From Lama glama (taxonomy: Eukaryota), in contig CM052817.1 in assembly GCA_028534125.1 (NCBI GenBank), positions 92,134,001 through 92,198,000 on the forward strand: 64,000 nt of DNA, given 5' to 3'. Shown here one piece after another: positions 1 to 9,277 of the stretch (positions within the stretch are counted from its first letter, which is position 1; each line of letters opens with the position of its first letter). Under the pieces are notes generated by a model. That model saw nothing but the letters and a program-made list of their open reading frames with translations. It was not told where the DNA came from and ran no database searches. The position numbers were made by a program, and so were the translations under genes.

Positions 1-3000
1 CTGAAAAGCTGTGGGGAAAGTCACACTCTGTACTTTCAACCTTCTCCTCGGAAAGCTCCTTGTTTCAGGCAGGGTTTCTCAGCTGCAGCAATACTGATAT
101 TTTGGACAGGGTGGTTCTTTGTTGTGGGCACACTGCAGGATGTTTAACGGCATCCTCAGCTTCTACCCACTAGACAGCAGTGGCACCCCTCCAGTGGTGA
201 CAACTAAAAATGTCTCCCAACAATGCCAAATGTTTTGGGGGAGGGCGGTGCAAAATATCCACCAACTGAGAATCTCTGAGTTAGAGGAATTCTACAGTAA
301 ATCAATTTAAATGGCTGAGGTAGTCATTTAAGGAAGCATGGAAATATTTTAGGAAGTAATTTTTTTTTCCAGATATAAACAATATTGCCATTAGCTCTGG
401 AAAATATATATTTGAGTTTAAGTAAGGTCTGCAGTTTCAGAATTGACTAGTAAAAGCATAGGTTATCACTGTAAACTCCCAAGGCACCAGGATACACTCT
501 GTTTACCCCAAAGGAGTAAAACCAATCACCTCTCTTCTGTTTCACTTGCCATCCATTCCAGGAGCTGCCTCCAAAATCCTCATCCCCTTTTGGCTCTCTT
601 TCTTTACCACTGGAGTTCCTTAAAGCCCTTTACTGGGTTCCAGTCCCTTTAGATTCACTCTCAATCATTGAGCTACTTTCAGCATCTAACAAACAATCAA
701 AGAAAGAAAAATAACCCACCACTGTGAGAATAAAGGGCACTAGGAGAGCTTGTCTTTTACAGCTGAGCAATGCTTCTGAGTCCCAGCTATGACCCAGGCT
801 GAATCTGCACAAATAGACTCAGCACTTCAGCCTTTTCCTTTGAAGGGAAAGAAGCCCCTGTCCTGACATGAGTTTTCTAGAGGTGCAGAAAGATACTGGG
901 AGAGGGAAGGAGAGAGACACAGGAATGTATCCTAATGATGTCTTCACATGCACAGTGAACACTTAGATAGTTAAGGACTGGAGAGTCCATAATATGAAAC
1001 ATTACACAACCAGATTCTACCCAGCTGGAAGGAGATTGAAGGAGTTAGGAAACTCTGGAGGTTGGTAGTTTAAATATTCCACTCAAGTCTGCTATGGTTG
1101 TTAAGCCATTGCTTAAGGAGGATGAATGTTAGTCATTCTTTTTAAAAGATTCTACTTCAGCATGAAGGTCCCTCCAACCAATGGGAGGTCCAATATAATT
1201 AAAAAGAGGTGTCTAAATTATCCTTAAGAAATCACTTAAGAAATGACTTTCCTTAAGTCAGAGGAAGTACTGTAAGCCTTTTGAGATTTTTATTAAATTC
1301 ATCCCAAGAACAGTTTAAACAGCTTGCCATAAAAAAAAAATTTTTAAGTAAAAACCTGAGTCATAGTAATTTCCTTTTCCTACACACATGTGTGGTGGCC
1401 CTAAAGGAACACTGTGCTTCTTTCCCGGATGGAGCTGCTTATCCACAACTCAAAAGCCCCTCAACTGTTTAACAGATGGAACAGCCAGGTAGACTTTAAA
1501 AAGTGCACTCCTTCTCTGATTCACGGAATGGAACCCTATGATCTTTAAGTATTTATTATACAGTAGGCCCTCAACTCCATCTTCTGAGTATTTTATCCAA
1601 CCGTATTACTTTAGTTATTTAAACTTCGTTAGATTTAAACAATAACAAAAAAAGGTTTTTTTTCCTAAGTTAAGGAAAAGCAATTAGCTTTTGGTAAAAG
1701 CTGATTTTCCAAAAGCTCCATTTCTATCTCACAGACATGAATAATGAATTTTTGGAATGGGTCTGTCTGAAAAGCATTCTTCTATTTTTAATGAAAATTT
1801 AAGTTAGGGGATCCAATAACTTTGATGTGGTCATTTGTAAATCAACTTTTTTTTCCCCCAGAAACAAATGTCTAATTAGTTTGAAACAACAGAAAACTAA
1901 TGAATATTATTTTACTTACAATGTCATGGGAAGGGGGTATAACTCAGCCTGAAACTGTTGAGAAGTCACTGGCATCAAGTCTAATACTGATTAAAAAACA
2001 AACAAAAACCCATTATTCCCTTAAACCTAGCTAGAATAATACTGAAAATCGACAAAGGATATATACTACATTGTCAAAGTCTTGGATGCAAGAGTGTGAT
2101 TTAGCATTTTAACTTCTCTGAAGCCCTATGGACTGTGTACTAGTATTGTTGAATAAATGAGTAACATTTAAAAATTCAATCTACTCTCTAAGATTTGTGC
2201 TAATGAACAGTAAATGGTATAAAGATCAAATCCATAATTAACCCAAAATTGGTATCTTACCCAAATTGTTTCATTAGTCATGAGAGGAGGAAGCACCAAA
2301 ATTAAGTTTCTCTTCTTATTGCTTCTTCCCACTCCTTGGTAAAGGTGCTAAAGATCAGTGAAAAGACCAAAAGGCTGGCAGCAGGAGGAGGAAAGAAAAA
2401 CAAACAGCTGGAGGACCCGAAAATTCAATAATCTGCTTCTGAACAACAGAGTGAAAAATGCAAAACTATTTGGGAGAGCTAAAAGGCAGAAATTATGAAA
2501 ATCTTGGGACTGAGTTTTAAATATGTTCCTCTTTATAAGATTCTGACATCTGATTGATTGATTTCACAGTTCTCTACAATGGGAGAAGTGGAAAGAGATG
2601 CCAGAACTTAGCCATCTTAAGCTCAAGGATACAGAAGTGTTGATTAATAAACATGGAGCACTAATCACAAGTAAAACACAAGTGACTTTAAAGAAAATGT
2701 AAGTACTTCAAATGGGTCCAAAAATTACTATGTAGTGTGCAGAATGGCTTATTATACCAGATTCCCTCTATGGTAGCAGCACTAATGAAAGAAAATTCCT
2801 CCAGTCTTATCTTAACCAAATGGAAGAACCTTGTCAGGAAACCTTTTAAACAACAGTTGGCTATTGGTCTCAATAGAAAATACCTCCATTTTAATGTTTA
2901 AAATCCTCATCCTTCTTACAGAAATGTCAGTACACCATGTCCGTGTTCATTTTTCTCATATCAGGTGACAGAAAGCCTACAAAGATTCTAAAGCTTGCCC

Positions 3001-6000
3001 TTGTAATTCTGAGACAGTATGGAAAGTATCAAGTATGCAATCTGCCTGAAAACTCCACTTTCCCTGGGAAGGAATTCAGCCTGAAGAGCATTTTGAAGAT
3101 GATGATCAATGATGAACTAACGATGCTTCTACTTTTCTGATCACTGGCTGCCCAGGACTAAAGAAGACGTACCACAACCAAAGAATGTAAATAACATAAT
3201 TAAATATGTACTGGAGCTTTTTTTTTCTTCAATGCTTCTTGAGAATTAAAAGAAAAGACAAACACTTGTGAAGCACAGGGAAATGCAATTTCAAAAAGTT
3301 TTTCACATGCTTAATGCACACCCTGTGTGGGCTACAGAAGGTTTTTCAAGAGACACTGTCAATCCTATCACCCAGGAGAACAGGATAAGGCAAAGAAAAG
3401 GTTCATAGGAAAGATTTAGAAATGGCTTGACATTACAAGCTTGCCAAAAAACCTGGCTACAAAGCCAGTAATTTACCTTCAACAGGATAAGAAATGGGAA
3501 ACCAAATTCATTTATAAGGAGATTTAGCCCTGGACTGGTATGTTAACATTTCCTAGATCTCTTCCAGGAGCAGAGGAGAACATTTCAGATAGGTTGCAAT
3601 TCTCCCCAATTTTCAGTGATTAATACGCTTATTATCAAGTGAATTTTATGTGATAAACTCTGCAGAGCAGGAATCACATCGATTTACATAGTCTGTAAGC
3701 TGTGTATGAATTAAGCACACTCTGGAAGTTATAATGGTGCTAATAAGTAGAAAGGTCATGAAAACATGGGTTTATCCAGGTCAAGTAAGACTACCGCCAT
3801 TTTGATTCTGAAGACTGCATTGTCATGCTTTTCGGTATGCCTGAGTGATTACACCTTCCTCAAGCCAATCTATCTCTGGCTTGAACATGAACTTGTCAAT
3901 TAGAATTTATCTTAAAATTTTAACCAGGACTTCAGTTCCAAGTACAGACAACGATAATGTCTCATTCTGCTACCACAAATAATTAGAACTATTTTAGGAA
4001 AAGACACCTTGTCACTGCAATTCACTAATAGGTAAAATCAGTAGTTTCCATCAACAACTCTTGGGTGGGGGGACCCTTCTGAATAAATAACATGGCGGCA
4101 GGCGGGGGGGTCATTAGGCTACTTCTCCATAAACTACATTTCACCTGAGGTAATGCAGCTTCAAACCCAGGCCAGGGCTACCTGCTCTTTAACAGGGCTA
4201 TTTGGGACTCCCACAAAACCCAGGCCCCTCGCAGCAGCCTGGCACCAAGGAAGATTTCTACTTCACCTCACCCACCCTGCTTCTGGTTTGCTTGTTTTTC
4301 AGGCCTATACTTGTAAATGTGTAAGAAAACAAATCAAAAGAGGTAAAGCCTTGATTGGACTGCCTTCCTAACCCAAGCCAAGCGGAAAGAGAGCTAATCG
4401 ATATTTAGTACTTTAGACATATTGGCCCTACGAAGGTAAACAATAGCAATAAAACAGAAAAGAATTCTATTCATCTTCATTTTTATCATCACCATTATTA
4501 TTATTATTAGGCTCTGGTTGATTATTGCTTTTCTTTAGGGCTTTCCAAATGGAGAATCTCATTCTGAGAACTAAATATAATTGCTCCATATCCCACCTCC
4601 CAAGAGCCCAACTAAAATCCAGCACCTAATTCAGAAAAGATCAACATTTTTTTGCAATGTGTTTTCAAGATTTTTATCTCACACACAAGCTAAGTTAAAA
4701 TACCGATGTACATTTTTAAACTAATTGTTTTTAAAGGAAAAATAACTTGTAGAGGAGGATGTTAACTTTTTTTTTTCCTTTTCGTGCCATAAAGCATTTA
4801 CATGCAACTCTTTGCTTAGGATTTAAAGCAGTTTATTTTCGTTACACTCATCACACATACTTGCTACTGATATCAATGGGAGGTGAATATATGAAATAAC
4901 AGTTGAAGCTAATATATACTCCTGTACATCAGTCTAATCAATAGGCTAAAGTATTGTCATAAAACTGATAGAAAAGTGTTATTTTCTGACAATCATTTGT
5001 CAACTCTATCAGCTGTTAACTTTCTGAACAAGGATTCACCATGAAATTTACAGCTTACATCTCGTCCATTCAAGTAAGCACTATCTTTACGTTTCCAAAG
5101 TAAGCTCTGGCTTGGGCTTGCTACCTCCTTTCAGGTAACGCCAGGATCCAGGGCTTGCTCCCACCTGCGGGTGTCTTATAACCCAGGCGCACACACTCGG
5201 AGTCCTCCCTCCACTCCTCCCAGGGCCGATATGGCACCCTGGAGAGAACACAACCCAAACACTAAAACTTTCTGGCAGCAAACTCTACTGTTCCTGCCCG
5301 CGATCAAAAGCGACAGGCCACTGGCTTTTGTTCCAGCGTTGCCCAGCTGGCGAGGTAACGCCACAGCAGTCCTCCATCCCGAAAGGTCAAGAGAGAGTCC
5401 GTGGGGCTGAGATTTTGAAGCCTCAAACCGAAGTCCATCCCGACGCAATCCATGCGTGTGGGGTGTACAAACACAAGAAAAGAGGGCGTGGAACAGGCAA
5501 GGATGACATTCTCAGTGCCTTTCAAATGCTACTTGAGTCTTAGGTTCACAAAGTGAGTCTCCCCATCCGTGGAAGGGAGCAAAGGGGGGGCGGAGCGGGA
5601 GAAGGCGCGGACCTGGAGAGAAATAGGTACCGGCAGGGCACGCGAGATACAGTCAAGATGCAGGTCCCGCCCCGCCTCCGGGTACAATCAGGAAAGCTAC
5701 ACTGTGTAAGTGGTTTTCAGCTTCCTGTTTGTAAAGCGAGAACCTCCCTCCCTGACTCTGTGACCGTCGTTCTTCCTCCAAACCGAGTCCGCCTCTTCTT
5801 CGCGCCCGGAGAAAGCTCGGCGGCACGGGGAGGTCGGGCCCGCGGGGCGGGGGCGGTATCGGGGGTGGGGGTAGGGCCGTGGGGCGTAGCGCCCCTCCCA
5901 GCCCCGCGGTCTCCCGGGCCAAGCCCGGCCGCAAGGCGGACAAAGCGCCTCCCGCTCCCTCCCCCACGGCCGCGTTCCAGAAGGGAGGGGGAAGGCGGGC

Positions 6001-7627
6001 TCGAGGGAGCGAGGAGGAGGAAGGGTGGGGGGAGAAGGTGCTGCCGGCGGGACTGGGCTGGATCGCGCCGTGGAGGGAGGGGAGAGGGGAGGGACTGGGC
6101 AGCCTCGGAGAACCGGGAGGAGGGAAGAATTCTTGAAGCCCAAGATAAACAAATTGTTCCTCTTCACGTGCAGGGTGGGGGAAAATGGAGAGGGTGGGGA
6201 AGGAGCGCAGCGGCCTCTCCTCTTCCCCTCCCCCAAGCAGGCTCTTTGTCACGGAGCGCCCGGCGAAAGCCCGCGCCGACACCCGCACCACCCCCGGCGC
6301 CGACCACCCCCAGACTGGGGAGGCGCGCGATTTATAAACAGCACACCGAGAGGGCCTCCTGCGACGCGGATCGAGGTGCGGTCTGCGGGGGGAACGGGAG
6401 AAGCCGCGCGGCCCCTCCGCGCTCCCGGATTTCCACCGCCCGCCCCACCCCGCACACGCGCACAGCCCTAACCCGGGCAGTGCGGCGGGGAAAGGGGCCG
6501 CAGACACCTTCCCAAGCTTCCGGCTCCCTCTTCCCCCCGCCCCCCAACCCAGAAAGGAAAGCAAAAGAACCGGAGAGAGGAGATAAGAGAAAGGATTCTA
6601 CCCTCAGGGTTAGGGGGTGGGAACTGCCCCTTCCTCCCGGAGGAGTTAAGCCATTGGCTGCTCCTCCTACTTCGAACCCACCCACCCAGCCATTTAAGCC
6701 TCTTTCACCTCCCCGCTACCTTCCACTCCTCCAGGCTTATCAGACGGGCCCGGAAAGTTGGCGGGGAGCAGGGCGGAAGAGAAGCAGAGAAAGCTCTGTG
6801 CAAGCAAGTTTAAGAGGAGAAGAGAAAAGAATCCCCACCGAAGTTGCTTGCGGGGACTCTCCGCGTAAGCCCAGGGCTTAGGTCTCCTCACCCGCCCCCA
6901 CGAGCAGCTCCCCCCTCGGCCCTCTGGGCCGTTCCACCTGCCAGGCCAGCCCGGTGTCTCAAGAGGCGAGGGAGCGCACCCGCGCCCCGCATCGGCCTCG
7001 CGCGCACGCGTGCGCGCGCGCACCCACCCTCGCTTGCTTCTCACCCACTTCAAAGTTCATTCACAAAACTCTCAAGACTTTCTCAGCCCGAAGGGGGTGA
7101 GCTGGGGAGAGGAGGCGACAGCATCTCCCTTCCTCCTCCTCTCCCCCAGGGTTCGAAGACCTGGTGCCCGCCCAGAATCTGCGACAGCATCAATATCTCC
7201 CTGCACCCGGCAGATGTGCTGAGGGGTGGGCGAATGGGGGACGGGTCTGGGGGGTGGGGTGAGAGCGCTGAAGAGGAGGAGCGAGGTTTCAACTCTGGGT
7301 TCACTCTCTTTCAAATCGGTATCTAAGAAAGGGAGAGGGGGGAAACTTTTCCAGTGCCTCACACCGACGCTCTTCCAGGCTCCCTCCGCCCCTCGCAGTC
7401 GTGACTGGCTTCTCCCCCTCTCGCCCCCTCTTCCCCAAATCTGACAACCCTGACAGATTAACAGGTAGCGGCGACGGCAGCTTTTACCTCAGAAAAGTTG
7501 ACGTTAACCCTTCGGCTTCAGCCCACCTCCCCCGCCGTGCAAATCAGATCCTCGTGCCCCCTTGTAAGAAGCTCCACGCCTCCCCCCGCCACGCGCGCGC
7601 CCCATGCCGCTGCCAGCGCGCCCTCAC
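1..7627 (-). other. MAML3: MAML3 intron 1 (5' part)
   Basis: Begins with the GTGAGG donor at 7627-7622 on the minus strand. No MAML3 exon-2-like coding sequence is seen in 1-7627. Confidence 0.9.
70..278 (-). mobile_element. MER20 (hAT-Charlie non-autonomous DNA transposon)
   Basis: cagggtttctca...ttctttgttgtggg...ctacccactaga...gacaactaaaaatgtctcc...tgagaatctctg matches the reverse complement of the MER20 consensus as recalled, including both termini. Confidence 0.85.
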
Positions 7628-8098
7628 CATGATCAGCGTGTGGTTCCTCTGCTCCGCCGAGGCAGCCTCCGCATCTTGCTGGGGTTTGCTCTGGTGCTGT
7701 TGCTTCCCGGTGCCGGCACCCGATTTCTTGGCTCTCTGCTCCAAGGTCCGCTGATAGAGACTCACGGTGTCCCGGCGCTCCAGCTCCAGCTGCTCCACCT
7801 GAGCCTGCTGGTACCTGTTCTCGCAGTTGACGTGGTGTCGCCGACAGCCCTCGATGCGCTGGCGGAGCCGCTCCACCACGGTGCTGTGCTTGGGGACGGC
7901 CGCCGATCCGCCGCCGGGGCCCCCGGAGCCGCCGCCGCCGCAGCCGGCAGCGGGGTGATTGCTACTTGGAGCAGCGGGAGTACTATTGGGAGTATTATTC
8001 ACACCGATCCCGGCCCCGCCGAGGCTGCTGTTCAGGCTACTGTTGATGCAAATACTACTGCCATTCGCGGCAGCAGCGGGGGCTGCGAAATCCCCCAT
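7628..8098 (-). CDS. MAML3: Mastermind-like protein 3, coding part of exon 1 (157 codons; gene continues beyond the left window edge)
   Basis: Translation MGDFAAPAAAANGSSICINSSLNSSLGG...VPKHSTVVERLRQRIEGCRRHHVNCENRYQQAQVEQLELERRDTVSLYQRTLEQRAKK...RNHTLIM matches the MAML3 N-terminus as I recall it. It includes the mastermind N-terminal helix (about aa 68-125, nt 7724-7897). The start is in strong Kozak context (gcaggATGG). The exon ends at a canonical phase-0 donor, ATG|GTGAGG. The ORF-track start at 8143 is a GTG and is not used here. Confidence 0.97.
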
Positions 8099-9000
8099 CC
8101 TGCTCCCCGGGCACACTATTTTGGAAGAACTTTTTTTATCCACCCCCTATCAGCCTCCTCCTTGGGTCCAAGGATTAAAATAGTTTAAGTGGAACGCGGG
8201 GGAGACGCAAGCACATGGATGGAAACAGCGATCCCGACCGGGCGAAAAAAAAGGGGGGGAGAGATTTTGGGGTGGTTTTTTTTTTTGTTTGTTTCCTTTT
8301 TTTAAACTGTAAAGCTCGAGGGGAAAAAAAGAGGGGGGTGTTATCAGAATACCATCAGACACCTATCAACAAAAAGAATCACAACAAACTGAGCCAGCAG
8401 CAAATCGGGTTGCAACTCGAGGGGAGATCCGCTCTTCGCCTGCCTTCTTTTTATAATCCATTATTTTCTAATAAATTCCAGGAGATTTCCGGTGGTTGGC
8501 AAGCATTTTCTCCCTACGTACCGAAAAACACACCCCATGTACACACACAAGCATATGCCTCCAGTGAGGACACGCGCGACACACACTCACTCCACACCGC
8601 ATCGGAAAACAGCAAGCTTGCTTATTGCATTTTCCTTCCACAAAAAAGTTTTGGTGTTTATGCCGCCCCGTGTTCTCAAAGTACTTTGGCTGCTCAGTTG
8701 CATTTCACAGGAACCTAGATATCGAATCCTCGGGCTGGGGGAAGTAAACACATGGACAGTCCGAGGCGACTGCAAAAGTAGATCGGTGAAGTCCTTTGCA
8801 AAACGCCGCGCAGAGAGCAGCCCCTAACGCTCGGCTGGGCTGCCGCTGCCGCCTCTGCTCCTGCCACCATCACAATGATCAACTGCTCGCCGCCGCCGCC
8901 GCCTCCTCCTCCTCCTCCTCCTCTCGCTCCTCCACCTCCTCCTCCTCCTCCATGCCAGCGGAGTGATATCAGGACGCGCGAGCTCAGTAAACACGGCAGC
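8099..9000 (-). other. MAML3: Probable long 5' UTR of MAML3 exon 1 (TSS not determinable from sequence)
   Basis: Continuous non-repeat sequence upstream of the ATG within the CpG island. It contains about 12 minus-strand ATGs and a GGA/GGC repeat. The upper boundary is an estimate. Confidence 0.6.
8888..8951 (-). repeat. Interrupted (GGA)n-(GGC)n trinucleotide repeat in the MAML3 5' region
   Basis: Plus strand reads cgccgccgccgccgcctcctcctcctcctcctcctctcgctcctccacctcctcctcctcctcc. Confidence 0.95.
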
Positions 9001-9240
9001 GGCGGCGGCTGGAGGCCGTGAGACAAGCCCGGGGACACGACACAAAACCCGGCCCGGACTCTCAGCCGGCAGGAGCGGGCGCGGCGCGCACGGGCATCCG
9101 ACACCGGGCTCCCGCCTCCCTCCGCTCGCCTTCCCTGCCCCTCCCACGCCCCCAACCTAACTGCCAGACTGGGAAGCCGGCGCTGCCAGAAAAAAGAAAA
9201 AGAAAGATTCTGGAGGATTTCGGGAATGAATCAACTTTTG

Positions 9241-9277
9241 GCGTGTGTGTGTGCGCGTGCGTGTGTGTGCGCGCGCG
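9241..9277. repeat. (TG)n/(CG)n alternating purine-pyrimidine tract at the promoter edge
   Basis: gcgtgtgtgtgtgcgcgtgcgtgtgtgtgcgcgcgcg, 37 bp of uninterrupted alternation. Confidence 0.9.

Noticed and set aside
5553..6881. 442-aa plus-strand ORF and overlapping 303-, 179- and 148-aa ORFs
   Set aside because: Low-complexity R/G/P/A translations open in several frames at once, as expected in stop-poor CpG-island DNA; no recognisable domain.
8099..8143. 15-aa N-terminal extension of MAML3 in the ORF track
   Set aside because: Starts at a GTG; the strong-Kozak ATG at 8098 matches the recognised N-terminus.
7604..8188. 194-aa plus-strand ORF antisense to MAML3 exon 1
   Set aside because: Shadow of GC-rich coding sequence; no independent evidence.
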